A stretch of 64,000 nt of DNA from an uncultured delta proteobacterium (GTDB lineage: Bacteria; Desulfobacterota; Syntrophia; Syntrophales; UBA5619). Below, in pieces: positions 52,920 through 63,481 of this stretch. The stretch is taken from NCBI GenBank assembly GCA_963817385.1, contig CAWFOM010000008.1, forward strand, positions 32,001-96,000, read 5' to 3'. Made by a program: the position numbers and the translations under genes. How positions within the stretch are numbered: the first letter of the stretch is position 1; the number at the start of each line of letters is the position of its first letter. Below the pieces are notes generated by a model, which was not told the DNA's origin, made no database searches, and was given only the letters and a program-made list of their open reading frames with translations.

Positions 52920-54386
52920 TTAAAAATATTTCTTCCTCCGGGAAGACGGCAAAACGCCCATTACATCCCGGTATTTTGCAACAGTCCGCCGCGCAATCGA
53001 TATGCCCGAGGCCTTCTTAAGCCGCTCGACGATTTCCTGGTCACTGAATGGTTTCCGGTGATTTTCCTCGCTGATGATCTTTCGGATATCTTCCTGCACG
53101 CTCTTGGAGGCTACATCATCGCCGCCGGTCCGATGAATACTGCTACCGAAGAAGTACTTCATCTCGAAGATGCCCCGCGGGGTGTGCATATACTTGTTCG
53201 TTACGACACGACTGATCGTGGATTCGTGCATCTCTACGTCATCGGCTATATCCCGCAGGATCAGCGGCTTCAGAAAACTGATTCCCCCGTCGAAGAATTC
53301 CTTCTGATACCGGACGATGCTTTCGGCAACCCGATAAATCGTCTTTTGCCGCTGCTGGATACTCTTGATGAGCCAGGTTGCCGACTGCACTCGCTCCTTG
53401 ATGTACTTCTTCCCGTTTTCCGCCTTCATGCCGCCGCTCATTCCGCTCATGATCTCGCGATAGAAATTACTGATCCGGAGTCTCGGCAGACCATCTTCAT
53501 TGAGGACGATCTTGTAATCGTCACCGCTCCTGACGACATAGACGTCCGGGACGATCGCCTGGATGCGTTCCTCATTGTAGACGCTTCCCGGTTTGGGATC
53601 CATGTTGGTTATGATGACCACGGCCGCCAGAACGTCGTCAAGAGTCACCTTCAATTTCCTGGCGATATGGGCATAATTCTTGATCTCAAGATCCTTCAGA
53701 TGGCCGTTGATGATTTTTTCCACGAGAGGCTTTGCGCTCCCCAGCATCCTGGCCTGAATGAGGAGGCATTCCCGGAGATCACGGGCGGCAATCCCGAGAG
53801 GATCGAACTCCTGGACCTTCTTGAGCACCTCTTCCACCAGAGGCGGATCGAACTTCTCCTGAGCGGCAATCTCCTCCAGCGTGGCCATAAGATAGCCGTT
53901 CTGGTCAAGGTTCCCGACGATCTGTTCGCCGATACGCCGTTCATCATCGGTAAGCCGGGACAGCAGGAGTTGCCACATGAGATGGTCCGTAAGCGATGTT
54001 TTGTCGACGATGAGGTTATCCCAGGAAGGGGCGGTCCCTTCCTTCCGGTCGTACGTCACCCCCATAGGGCCGTAGTCTTCCACATAATTGTCCCAGTCGA
54101 ACTCCTCGCGGCCGTCTCCCTCTCCCGTCAGCTCCCCCGTCCGCTCCGGCGGAGGTGTGTCTTCCCGTGCGCCTTCCTCGGTCTGTTCGGGTTCGATCTT
54201 CTTTTCCGCTTCGGGATCCTCATCCGAGGCGATTTCCTCGAGGAGCGGATTCTCTTCGATTTCCTGGTTGACCGCATCAACCAGGTCCAGTCTCGACAAC
54301 TGCAGGAGTTTGATGGCCTGCTGGAGCTGGGGCGTCATGATCAGCTGCTGGGTCAGTTTCAGATTCTGTTTGAGTTCAAAAGCCAT
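52920..54386 (-). CDS. rpoN: RNA polymerase sigma-54 factor
   Basis: MTPQLQQAIKLLQL, MHESTISR, RpoN box ARRTVAKYR. Confidence 0.98.
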   Translation of the reverse strand: MAFELKQNLKLTQQLIMTPQLQQAIKLLQLSRLDLVDAVNQEIEENPLLEEIASDEDPEAEKKIEPEQTEEGAREDTPPPERTGELTGEGDGREEFDWDNYVEDYGPMGVTYDRKEGTAPSWDNLIVDKTSLTDHLMWQLLLSRLTDDERRIGEQIVGNLDQNGYLMATLEEIAAQEKFDPPLVEEVLKKVQEFDPLGIAARDLRECLLIQARMLGSAKPLVEKIINGHLKDLEIKNYAHIARKLKVTLDDVLAAVVIITNMDPKPGSVYNEERIQAIVPDVYVVRSGDDYKIVLNEDGLPRLRISNFYREIMSGMSGGMKAENGKKYIKERVQSATWLIKSIQQRQKTIYRVAESIVRYQKEFFDGGISFLKPLILRDIADDVEMHESTISRVVTNKYMHTPRGIFEMKYFFGSSIHRTGGDDVASKSVQEDIRKIISEENHRKPFSDQEIVERLKKASGISIARRTVAKYRDVMGVLPSSRRKKYF

Positions 54387-54414
54387 GTTTCGACAGTATT
54401 ACCTTCCATTCCGA

Positions 54415-55137
54415 TCAGAATTTGAAGTCATCCCCGAAATAGATCTTTCGCGCAAGTTCACTGGCGGCGATCATCTCCGGCGTTCCCTCCACGAGAACCG
54501 ACCCTTCGCTCACGATATATGCCCGATCACATACGGAAAGGGTTTCGCGAACATTATGATCGGAGATAACCACCCCGATCCCCTTCATCTTGAGTTGGGC
54601 GATGATCTTCCCGATTTCCGCTACCGCTAAAGGGTCAATCCCCGCAAATGGTTCATCAAGGAGAATATATTTCGGCGCGGTGACGAGCGCCCTCGTTATC
54701 TCAACCCGCCTCCGTTCTCCCCCGGAAAGCGAATATGCCCTGATTCCCGCCAGCGCCGTCAGATCGAGTTCAGCCAACAGCGCGCGGAGACGCTCCTCTC
54801 GCTCCTCCGGAGTTATGGGTAGCGTCTCGAGAATGGCCATGATGTTCTCCCGCACCGTCAGCTTCCTGAAGATGGACGGTTCCTGCGGCAGGTAATTCAG
54901 CCCTCTCCGCGCTCGAATGTACATCGGACACTGGCTGAGATCCTCGCCGTCCAGGGAGATCATTCCGCCGTCCGGTTTGATGAGGCCGACAATCAGATAA
55001 AATGTCGTCGTCTTCCCGGCGCCGTTCGGTCCCAAGAGGCCTACGACTTCCCCCGGATTTATCTCCAGGTTTATTCCGTTGACCACCCTCCTGCCGGTGT
55101 AAATCTTGATCAGCCCTGCGGCAGTCAGCTTTCCCAT
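54415..55137 (-). CDS. lptB: LPS export ABC ATPase
   Basis: GPNGAGKTT, YLPQEPSIF, LSGGERRR, LLDEPFAGIDP. Confidence 0.96.
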   Translation of the reverse strand: MGKLTAAGLIKIYTGRRVVNGINLEINPGEVVGLLGPNGAGKTTTFYLIVGLIKPDGGMISLDGEDLSQCPMYIRARRGLNYLPQEPSIFRKLTVRENIMAILETLPITPEEREERLRALLAELDLTALAGIRAYSLSGGERRRVEITRALVTAPKYILLDEPFAGIDPLAVAEIGKIIAQLKMKGIGVVISDHNVRETLSVCDRAYIVSEGSVLVEGTPEMIAASELARKIYFGDDFKF

Positions 55138-55172
55138 GCAGACATCACCAGGCACACCCGGAGGGACGGCCT

Positions 55173-55733
55173 TCACCGCTTCTTTTCCTGCTGATCCCCG
55201 GGATAGATCGTGGCCGTCACGCGCTTGTTTTCCGCGCTTTCCACGACCCCCCGGTTCTCATTCAGGAACACGACAATCCGGTCACCTCGGACGATATTTT
55301 TCCCCTCGCGCATGACCGCGCCGCCCGTCATGGTGATCTTCTGGGCATCCTGATCGAAGACGGCCTCATCCCCGGTCACAATCCGCTCTCCTTCGGTGAT
55401 CGTGACATGACCCACCGCCTCAACCCGGTCCAGATTCCCGGTTCCTTCCGCCTCTCCAGTCGATCGACCGGCGGGCTTTGTTTCTTCCTTGTAGTAGAGC
55501 GTCAGGCGGTCCGACCGGATCGTCCGGGCGCCCTGTGTCGCCACTGCATTACCGGAAAAAACCACCATCCGTTTTTCATTATAGGCATCCAGACGGTCCG
55601 AAACGATCTGTATCGGCTGATCCTGTTCGATCCGGGGCCTCTGCTTCGACTGGCCCGAAACGCCATCCGGCTGCCACAGGGCGGTAATCATAACACCCAG
55701 GCAAACAACGATTGTGATGGTCCTCCCCTGCAT
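55173..55733 (-). CDS. lptA: LPS transport periplasmic protein
   Basis: Signal peptide, PIQIVSD, FSGNAVATQG; synteny. Confidence 0.88.
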   Translation of the reverse strand: MQGRTITIVVCLGVMITALWQPDGVSGQSKQRPRIEQDQPIQIVSDRLDAYNEKRMVVFSGNAVATQGARTIRSDRLTLYYKEETKPAGRSTGEAEGTGNLDRVEAVGHVTITEGERIVTGDEAVFDQDAQKITMTGGAVMREGKNIVRGDRIVVFLNENRGVVESAENKRVTATIYPGDQQEKKR

Positions 55734-56302
55734 TACGGTATCCCTCTCATTCCTCCCGCAGAGATTGCCCGAACCTGCGAGAGGATGGTGAGCTTCTGCT
55801 CGTCAAGGGAGAAGATCATTCCCACACCGCTGACCCGAACACTTCTGTTTTCCATCGCGACCGGCCGGTCGGTCTCCATCACCCGGTCGGCATTCCGGTA
55901 TTGGAGGCGCTCCGTCGTAAACCGGTCGCCATTCTCCGACACAATGCCGACATGTCCCTCGATCTCGATATCACGCGATTCGGTATTGAACCGGCCCCGA
56001 TCTCCGGCCATCACGAACGTCTTTCCGTCTTTCGTCACAAGCCTGACATTCAGCTTATCAAAGAAAGCCATGTTTTCCTTCTTCTGATATCTGGCCGTAT
56101 CCGCGGTGATCTCCCACTTCATGCCGGACTCGCCGACCTCGGTATAATGGACATTCCGGACCTGCAGATCGACCCGGTCCGCCATGATATTCAGGAGGGC
56201 CTTCCCCGGTTCCCTCCGGATTCCGATCATGATCGCCGCCGCAACGAGAAGGACTGTGAAGGCCGCGACGATGAGCACCGTCTTTCTTTTGTTCTTCATC
56301 AT
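55733..56302 (-). CDS. lptC: LPS export protein LptC
   Basis: N-terminal TM, WEITADTA, beta-jellyroll pattern; synteny. Confidence 0.85.
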   Translation of the reverse strand: MMKNKRKTVLIVAAFTVLLVAAAIMIGIRREPGKALLNIMADRVDLQVRNVHYTEVGESGMKWEITADTARYQKKENMAFFDKLNVRLVTKDGKTFVMAGDRGRFNTESRDIEIEGHVGIVSENGDRFTTERLQYRNADRVMETDRPVAMENRSVRVSGVGMIFSLDEQKLTILSQVRAISAGGMRGIP

Positions 56303-56422
56303 CCCCGCCAGAGGTCTTGCCCATCAAACCGGCGGCCGTTCGCACCGATAAGGTCACAAATTTTATACCATCCGCGCCGACAGATGTAAAGATTAAACAT
56401 AGTTTCTAATGATACCGTATAG

Positions 56423-56968
56423 TTACTCAAATTCATATCTCGCGGCCACATCCGCCCACCAGCCCTGGGCCTTGAGGATCACCTCGCACACCTCCCGGAC
56501 TGCTCCCCTGCCACCGGGGCGGTTCGTCACATAATCGGCAACGTGCCGTACCTCCGGGACGGCATCTGCCGCAGCCACCGCGAAACCGACCCGCTTGAGG
56601 AGCGGGATATCAACGACATCATCCCCGACAAATGCTGTCTCTTCCGGAGCGAGTTTTCGCCTCTCCAGAACACCGCCGAAGGCTTCCAATTTGTTCCGGA
56701 TGCCTTGATAAACCTCGGTGATCCCCAGATCGGCGGCGCGGTGCTCGACTACTCGTGATCTCCTTCCCGTCAAGAGCACTACATCGATGTTGTATCTCAT
56801 GAGAATTTTCAGGCCGTGACCGTCCTTCACATCGAAATGCTTGCTCTCGAGCCCTGCATCGTCGATGATGATCCTCCCGTCGGTCATCACCCCATCAACA
56901 TCCAAGATAAGGAGTCTCACCTTGCGAATCTTGTTTAACAGCCGTTCATCAGTCACTTCACTCCCCAT
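56423..56968 (-). CDS. kdsC: KDO 8-phosphate phosphatase
   Basis: LDVDGVMTDG, FDVKDG, GDDVVD, GGRGAVRE. Confidence 0.95.
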   Translation of the reverse strand: MGSEVTDERLLNKIRKVRLLILDVDGVMTDGRIIIDDAGLESKHFDVKDGHGLKILMRYNIDVVLLTGRRSRVVEHRAADLGITEVYQGIRNKLEAFGGVLERRKLAPEETAFVGDDVVDIPLLKRVGFAVAAADAVPEVRHVADYVTNRPGGRGAVREVCEVILKAQGWWADVAARYEFE

Positions 56969-56995
56969 GTTCCTCCTCTTCTCGCCGTAGCCTTT

Positions 56996-57823
56996 TTACC
57001 CTCTCGTTTCCCGGACGACGGCATCGATCCTCTTGAGTGTGGTCAACAGTGCCGGCAGGCTATCCAGGGCCAGTGAATTGGGTCCGTCACACAGTGCGCG
57101 GTCCGGATCCGGATGGACTTCAAGAAACAGGCCATCGATTCCGGCAGCGACCGCCGCCCGGGCGAGACCGGGAACCATGCGACGGTCACCGCCCGAGGCC
57201 TTCCCTGCCCCACCGGGCAGTTGCACGCTATGCGTCGCATCGAAGATCACCGGATATCCCATCTGTCGCAGCATCGGAAAGGTGCGGAAATCGACCACCA
57301 GGTTATTGTAGCCGAAACTGGTCCCCCGCTCGGTCAGCATCAGATTTTCATTGCCGGCCGCCGCGGATTTTTCCAGGATATGGGCGGCATCCCAGGGAGC
57401 GAGAAACTGCCCCTTCTTGATATTCACCGCCCGCGCCTTCTTGGCCACCTCGGCAACGAAGTCCGTCTGCCGGCAGAGAAATGCGGGGATTTGCAGGACG
57501 TCAAGGACGCGCGCGGCAGGATCGATCTCTTCGAAACGATGGACATCGGAGAGAACGGGGATGTCGAACTCTTCCCGGACCCTTTGGAGGATCTCCAGTC
57601 CCCGGGTCAGACCCGGCCCTCGGTACCCCTCCCGCGATGTCCGGTTCGCTTTGTCATAGGATGCCTTGAAGATGAAAGGGATCTCGATCTTCCCGGTCAG
57701 TTCCTTCAGATAGCGGGCTATCTCCAACGTCATCGCTTCATCCTCGATGACACAAGGCCCGGCGATAAGGGCCAGGGGAGCGCCCCCTCCCATGACGAGC
57801 CGGCCAACACGGATAGGTTTCAT
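56996..57823 (-). CDS. kdsA: KDO 8-phosphate synthase
   Basis: AGPCVIE, KANRTS, PAFLCRQT, KKGQF, DATHSVQ. Confidence 0.97.
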   Translation of the reverse strand: MKPIRVGRLVMGGGAPLALIAGPCVIEDEAMTLEIARYLKELTGKIEIPFIFKASYDKANRTSREGYRGPGLTRGLEILQRVREEFDIPVLSDVHRFEEIDPAARVLDVLQIPAFLCRQTDFVAEVAKKARAVNIKKGQFLAPWDAAHILEKSAAAGNENLMLTERGTSFGYNNLVVDFRTFPMLRQMGYPVIFDATHSVQLPGGAGKASGGDRRMVPGLARAAVAAGIDGLFLEVHPDPDRALCDGPNSLALDSLPALLTTLKRIDAVVRETRG

Positions 57824-57839
57824 GAATGCGTGGCCTCCT

Positions 57840-59849
57840 TCATCCTTTCTGTTTTTGCTGTATGATCCTGATCTTCATCTGCGGAATCTTTCGCGCCGCC
57901 GTCGCCGAATCGGGATTCAGCCCATACGCGGATGTATACGCCTTCAGCGCATCTTGAAAAAGCCCCTTCTTCTCATAGGCTGCCCCAAGATTGACATAGA
58001 CCTCGTCGTCCTCGGGATCATAGCGAAGCGACAACCGGTAATATTCGATCTGCCGGTCCAGGTCCCCCGCGAGACCATAAGCGTCTGCGGCGCTTGAATA
58101 GTAGGCAGCCTTCTTCGGATTCATCTCGATGAGTTTCTTGTAGATCCGGATGGCCTTATCGTAGAGCTTTTCTTTCATGTATGCGTCAACTAAGGCATTG
58201 AGCGTTTCGGTCGTGGGACTGGCAGCGGCGAGCTTCTCATACAGGGCAATCGATTCCTTCGTCTTTCCCGTCTGGCTATACGCCTGGGCCAAGTTTTGGT
58301 GCATCCGGGGATCCTTTGCTCCGAGCTTTATCGCCTTTTGATAATTGTCAGCGGATTGGGCATGATTCTTCAGCTCGGCGTAGGCAAACCCAAGACGGCC
58401 ATACAGCGCCGCCTTCCGAGGGCTCGTTTTTACTGCCTTCTCGTAGAGGGGTACTGCCTCGCTGAAACGTTTGGCCTTGAAATACAGATCGGCCAGTCGC
58501 TCCAGTGTATCCGGGTCGTCCGGCTTCAGTTCGAGGACCTTCTGGTACTCGCGGACAGCCTCCGCATCCCGTTTTCCCTTCTCATAGGCCGCGCCCAGAT
58601 TAAAGTGGATCACCGGATCCTCCGGCTTAAGGTCGAGGGCCTTTCGGTAATTTTCGATCTCTTCTTTGGCCATCCCTTTGCCGGCATAGGCCATGCCGAG
58701 GTTGGCATAGGCGGCGGCATTCTTCGGCTGTCGCTTCACGACCTCCTTATGCCAACGGATGGCCTCATCGATATTTCCCATCTTGAGGTAGAGATCGGCA
58801 AGGGCAATGGCCACATGATCGGCCTTCGGCACCTTATCCAAGACCAGTTGGTACTGTTCCACGGCCTTTCCGAGCTGCTTGGTCTTCTCATATGCCTCGC
58901 CCAGTCTGAATAAGGCCGAGGGATTGTCGGGGCGGATCTTCAAGGCATCCTGATACGAGGCGATGGCCTTGTTCCAGTTTCCCAGATGGCCCCAGGCAAA
59001 AGCCATGTTGGCAAGCGCTTCGTCATCCCGGGGATTAGCTTTGATGATCCGCGCGGAGATCCTGATAACCTCATCATACTGTCCGCTTTTCAGATAGCCC
59101 TTGACGAGTTCCGACAGAGCGGCCGCATCATCCGGTTTGAGCGCCAAGATCTCCAGATACTGGGCAATAGCCTCGCGGGTCATGCCGGCATTGAGATAGA
59201 GAGAAGCCAACATCTTCCGTACGTTGGTATCCTCCCGGTTCAAGGCGATCGCCCTCTTGAGGTATTCAATTTGGACTTTCTGATTTCCTGAACTCCGCGC
59301 GTAACGCAGCCAATCCTGCGGGGTAATTTGCACCCGGATCGGTACGGACGCAATCATCTCATCCCGATAGCTGATCCGGAAGAAATAGTCTCCCGATTTG
59401 TTTCCTCCCTGGCCATTCCGGCCGGTCAGCACCGCCTTGTCGACCAGATCGATCCCTTTGAGAAGCTTCCCGAAGATGTTCTTCCCCCCCATCTCATCGA
59501 TACTTAAGGTAATCCCGCCTCCGAAGAGGACATCCGTCACAACGTTCTTGATCACGAATTCGTCCCGGTAGGAGACCTCAAAAACATCTTGGGAGGTGAG
59601 GGCATAATCTTTCCCGTTTTTCTCCAGAATGAGCGTATAGAAATGCGGTTTCTGATCGAGGACGATAAAGGAAAAGGTATTCCGGACCCGGGCCAGAGAT
59701 GCAGTAAGACCCCGTATCCCGCCAAGAGAGAGGAGTCCGGCGGTCATAACACTGATTGCCAGAAGCACGACGATCATCAGAACGATCCGGCGCTTCACGG
59801 ATTTCCTTTTCTTCACCGGCCTTATCGCTTTGCCCGACGTATATTCCAT
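57840..59849 (-). CDS. Membrane-anchored tetratricopeptide repeat protein
   Basis: N-terminal TM followed by more than 10 TPR units (LG.AY...G...AI..Y..AL...P). Confidence 0.88.
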   Translation of the reverse strand: MEYTSGKAIRPVKKRKSVKRRIVLMIVVLLAISVMTAGLLSLGGIRGLTASLARVRNTFSFIVLDQKPHFYTLILEKNGKDYALTSQDVFEVSYRDEFVIKNVVTDVLFGGGITLSIDEMGGKNIFGKLLKGIDLVDKAVLTGRNGQGGNKSGDYFFRISYRDEMIASVPIRVQITPQDWLRYARSSGNQKVQIEYLKRAIALNREDTNVRKMLASLYLNAGMTREAIAQYLEILALKPDDAAALSELVKGYLKSGQYDEVIRISARIIKANPRDDEALANMAFAWGHLGNWNKAIASYQDALKIRPDNPSALFRLGEAYEKTKQLGKAVEQYQLVLDKVPKADHVAIALADLYLKMGNIDEAIRWHKEVVKRQPKNAAAYANLGMAYAGKGMAKEEIENYRKALDLKPEDPVIHFNLGAAYEKGKRDAEAVREYQKVLELKPDDPDTLERLADLYFKAKRFSEAVPLYEKAVKTSPRKAALYGRLGFAYAELKNHAQSADNYQKAIKLGAKDPRMHQNLAQAYSQTGKTKESIALYEKLAAASPTTETLNALVDAYMKEKLYDKAIRIYKKLIEMNPKKAAYYSSAADAYGLAGDLDRQIEYYRLSLRYDPEDDEVYVNLGAAYEKKGLFQDALKAYTSAYGLNPDSATAARKIPQMKIRIIQQKQKG

Positions 59850-59903
59850 ATCCTCCGATCCCTCTGAACCACGATCCGTTGAGTGTGATCCCCGATAATC
59901 CGT

Positions 59904-60791
59904 TCATCCCCGGGGATGGTACTTCCGGTGAATCTCCTTAAGCCGATCCCGTGTCACATGCGTGTAGATCTGCGTGGTGGAGATATCAGCATGCCCCAGC
60001 ATGATCTGCACGGAACGCAGATCGGCCCCCCCTTCGAGCAGGTGGGAGGCAAACGAGTGCCGAAAGGTGTGGGGATGAACTTTCTTCCCCAGATTCGCTC
60101 GCGCCGCATATTTTTTCACGATCTTCCAAAAACCCTGCCTGGTCAGTCCGCCGCCGGAGCGGTTCAGAAACAGGCGGTCGTTATGCAGCCCCTTCACCAA
60201 TTGAGGCCTTGCCTCTTCGATATACCGTTTCACCTGATCGTACGCAATATGCCCCACGGGGACGATCCGTTCTTTACCCCCTTTCCCCATAGCGATCAGA
60301 TACCCTACCTGCCAGTTGATACTGTTGACCGTCAGATCGATCAGTTCCGACACCCGGATCCCCGTCGCATACATGATCTCGAGCATCGCGGTATCCCGGA
60401 GAGCGGCGGGCGTTGCCGAACCCGGCTGCATGAGCATGAGGCTCATCTCTTCCCGGCTCAGAACGTCGGGAAGGTGCATCCAGACCCGGGCGAGTTCGAC
60501 ATGGGCCACGGGTGTGCTTTCCATCTTCCCGCCACGAAGAAGATAGTTATAAAACCCGCGGATTGCCGCCAGAGCTCGATTTACACTATTCGCGGCAAGC
60601 CCCTCACCTCGAAGATGGGCAAGATAGGAAATCAACTCTTCCGGCCCGATCTCTTGTATTTCGTTTATTTTGAGACCGCTGATAAAAGCCGCATAACGGT
60701 TTAGATCCCGACTATACCCGTCCAAGGTGTTCCGGGAAGCCCCTTTTTCGATCGCCAGAAAATGCAAATATTCATCTATCAAATCATGCAT
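59904..60791 (-). CDS. xerD: Tyrosine recombinase XerD
   Basis: YATGIRVSEL, GKGGKERIVP, HPHTFRHSFASH, LGHADISTTQIYTH. Confidence 0.93.
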   Translation of the reverse strand: MHDLIDEYLHFLAIEKGASRNTLDGYSRDLNRYAAFISGLKINEIQEIGPEELISYLAHLRGEGLAANSVNRALAAIRGFYNYLLRGGKMESTPVAHVELARVWMHLPDVLSREEMSLMLMQPGSATPAALRDTAMLEIMYATGIRVSELIDLTVNSINWQVGYLIAMGKGGKERIVPVGHIAYDQVKRYIEEARPQLVKGLHNDRLFLNRSGGGLTRQGFWKIVKKYAARANLGKKVHPHTFRHSFASHLLEGGADLRSVQIMLGHADISTTQIYTHVTRDRLKEIHRKYHPRG

Positions 60792-60992
60792 GTTTTTTTT
60801 TAACTTAAATGAGACAGAGAAGCAAAGACTTTTTGACTCATCTGTTTCCGGCGTACCGCGCGTGTCTCCCCCGCCACGCATAAGCACGGCGAGGGAATAA
60901 TCACCTAAATGGTCGAGGAGGCGCCAGTCGCACGGCTTGCCGGGCCATCAGCACCCGCCTTTCCAAGCTGAAAGAGGGATCGAGAAACCTTA

Positions 60993-61420
60993 ATGCCTGA
61001 TCCACCAGACTCCGTATCCAGGATTCTCCTCCGGACGCGGGAGGGTGCATCCACGATCCGTGAAGAGATCATGGTTCTGTTGTCCCTCCCCGCGGGAGAG
61101 GAGCGGGAGGCCCTCTCCAGGAAGGCCGATCCGAATATCAGGTCTTTCGCGACGCCGGCGCTTCCCGATATCTCCTCACGGAAGAGACCGCTTCACGGAC
61201 ATTCACTTCCGCATGCGCCCGCGATGCATACTGGACCTCCTACGATGCGTGAAAACCCCGGACGATCTCGGTTATGAGGTAGGCATGGAAAACATCGTCG
61301 GTCTTCCCGGCCGGTCTCGGGAGACACCGCCCGAGGACCTCCCCCTGATGAGGGACATAGATTCGGACATGCTGGTGATCGGTCTTTGATCCCCAATTTG
61401 CCGATACCCAGCTGCCGGGG
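60993..61420 (+). pseudogene. hydE: Degraded HydE-like radical SAM gene ([FeFe]-hydrogenase maturase family)
   Basis: Three frames: REEIMVLLSL..EEREALSRKAD; EYQVFRDAGASRYLLTEETA; LRCVK..DLGYEVG.ENIVGLPG..DIDSDMLVIG; CX3CX2C region absent. Confidence 0.7.
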
Positions 61421-61445
61421 CGGCATACGGGTGAAGGGAGATGAC

Positions 61446-63128
61446 TCAAGGATTCCCGGAAAGGATCAGTTTTCGGTCAACAAAGAGGGAGTCTGCCGGC
61501 TTTAGGTGATTCAGCTCGGCAAGGAGACGGACCGTCGTGCCGTGCCGTCGGGCTATCGTCGCTAGCGTATCGCCCCTCTTGACCCGGTAGATGACCTGTC
61601 CCGCCTTTTTGACCGGGGAGCGATTCCCGTTGTTGATCGGCCTCTTTTCCTCCACCGTATCCTCATATTTACCGGGAATCTTCAAGACACGGTTTACCGT
61701 GAGGGGATCGCGGGGCTTCATGCGGTTCAGTTTCAGGAGGATAGCGACCGACGTTCCGCTCTTTCGGGCGATCCTCTCAAGAGTATCCCCTTTTTTGACG
61801 CGATACTGGGAACCCTTCGCCTGAATAGGAGGGGGTTCCCCGGCCTTCACCGGTGCAGGAGTTCCATCCCTCAACGCGGAGACACCTCCCGCCGTCCGGC
61901 TTCCTTCCCTCTTCGTTACTCCGACATCCCCGCTCCCCTGATCATCTCGCTTCTTCTCCTCATCACTCTCGCCTGAAGCAGATACGTCAGCGGGCGGGAC
62001 AGGCGGCAGGAACTCGATGATGGATCGGGCAATACTCTCAGCGATCCGCGTCTGGAAACGGTCGCTCTTCAGGAGCTTTTCTTCCTTCGGGTTGGAGATG
62101 TAAGCGGTTTCGATCAGAACCGACGGGATATCGGGAAGCTTGAGCACGAGGAACGGTGCCTCCTGAACGGTCACGAATTTCAGATGATTCTCCTCTTCGA
62201 GATGACGGAGAAGACCGCCGCCGAAGGTTCTTGACCGGTTGATGGCATGGGTCTGGAACAGGTCGAGGATGATCGGATCGGAGGCCTCGCCGCCCTCTCC
62301 ATTGGGGACGCCGCCGAGGACGTCGGCCAGGTTTTCATTCCGTGCAAGAATCTTCGCCGCCTCGCTGCTCGCCCCTCCGGTGGAGATGCAGTAGACGGAA
62401 CTGCCGCCGGCCGTCCGGTTTTTCGCCGCATCCGCATGGATGCTGATGAAGATGTCCGCCCCGTATTCCCTGGCAATCATGAGCCTCTTCTTAAAGGAGA
62501 CATAATAGTCGCCGTCGCGGGTCAGAAAGGCACGGTAACCCGACCGCCCGTTCAGCGTCTTCCGCAGTTTTCTGCTGATGGAAAGCACCACGTCCTTCTC
62601 AAAGGCGCCTCTCTTGCCGACCGCCCCCACCGCCTCTCCCCCGTGTCCGGGATCGATCACGACGATCCGGTCCTTCCGGGTTGTCTTGACATGCCCACGC
62701 GACTCGCTTTCCAGCCTGGCGACATCCGGCAGAACGATATCGATAACGATCCGGTACGGTTGATCCTGAAATTTCTTCAGCTTGAAAACAGTTGTCTGTA
62801 CCTGGGGAGGGAGAAGCAACTCAACGCGTACCCCGGAATGGGCCTGGGGAGAAACAGCGATACCCTCCACTCCCGGTTTGTTGAGCAAAAGAAGGTGGGG
62901 AATGCGGGAGGGAAAGGCGGTTTCGTCCAGATCAACGACAATCTTCCGCTCCCCCTTTTCCACGGTGAACCGGCAATCATCGGTTGTATCGATGACGACC
63001 CGTGTGTGGTCGGGCGCCACCCAGTGTCGGATGTTCAAGATCTGGTTCAAGGCCAGTGCAGAGGGGGGCCAGGCGGATCCAAAGAGCCACACGGCCAATA
63101 TCATGAAGCACTTAAGCGTACGCGACAT
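61446..63128 (-). CDS. N-acetylmuramoyl-L-alanine amidase (AMIN + Amidase_3 + 2 LysM)
   Basis: TRVVID/RIVIDI AMIN, IDPGHGG, SIHADA, LIETAYISN, YRVKKGDTL-type motif twice. Confidence 0.93.
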   Translation of the reverse strand: MSRTLKCFMILAVWLFGSAWPPSALALNQILNIRHWVAPDHTRVVIDTTDDCRFTVEKGERKIVVDLDETAFPSRIPHLLLLNKPGVEGIAVSPQAHSGVRVELLLPPQVQTTVFKLKKFQDQPYRIVIDIVLPDVARLESESRGHVKTTRKDRIVVIDPGHGGEAVGAVGKRGAFEKDVVLSISRKLRKTLNGRSGYRAFLTRDGDYYVSFKKRLMIAREYGADIFISIHADAAKNRTAGGSSVYCISTGGASSEAAKILARNENLADVLGGVPNGEGGEASDPIILDLFQTHAINRSRTFGGGLLRHLEEENHLKFVTVQEAPFLVLKLPDIPSVLIETAYISNPKEEKLLKSDRFQTRIAESIARSIIEFLPPVPPADVSASGESDEEKKRDDQGSGDVGVTKREGSRTAGGVSALRDGTPAPVKAGEPPPIQAKGSQYRVKKGDTLERIARKSGTSVAILLKLNRMKPRDPLTVNRVLKIPGKYEDTVEEKRPINNGNRSPVKKAGQVIYRVKRGDTLATIARRHGTTVRLLAELNHLKPADSLFVDRKLILSGNP

Positions 63129-63340
63129 ATCCTCATACCGACAATTTTTCTCTGAATGTATCAGCTCCGGATTGCAATTTCAACCCTGATCGCGAAAAAC
63201 AGATTGACAATGCCTGCCGTTGATGGCAAGGATAGCGCCGCCCCGCCATCTGCGGCTTCCACGGAAAATAGTTGAATATTCCCGCTGCACGGTGTATGTG
63301 TAACGGTGATATTCGGTCTAGCAGAGGGGCATCCGCGAGA

Positions 63341-63417
63341 GGGCGATTAGCTCAGTTGGATAGAGCGCTGGTCTCCGGAACCAGAGGCCGTGGGTTCAAG
63401 TCCCACATCGCCTACCA
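63341..63417 (+). tRNA. tRNA-Arg(CCG)
   Basis: GGGCGATTAGCTCAG...CTGGTCT-CCG-GAACCAG...GTTCAAGTCC...CCTACCA. Confidence 0.96.
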
Positions 63418-63481
63418 GAGTGAAAAGTCTTGATTTGCACGGAGACTTGGTATAGAAGGCAAATTCATTTCTAAAGATGGA

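Noticed and set aside
59904..60791. Tyrosine recombinase as a possible island integrase
   Set aside because: Length, motifs and host-like context fit chromosomal XerD; no att sites or cargo nearby
60845..60940. GCCGTGCGACTGGCG...GGGGAG on the minus strand resembling a ZTP (pfl) riboswitch
   Set aside because: The 3' GCC..CGCCTGGGC hairpin is missing and the downstream gene (xerD) is not purine or folate related
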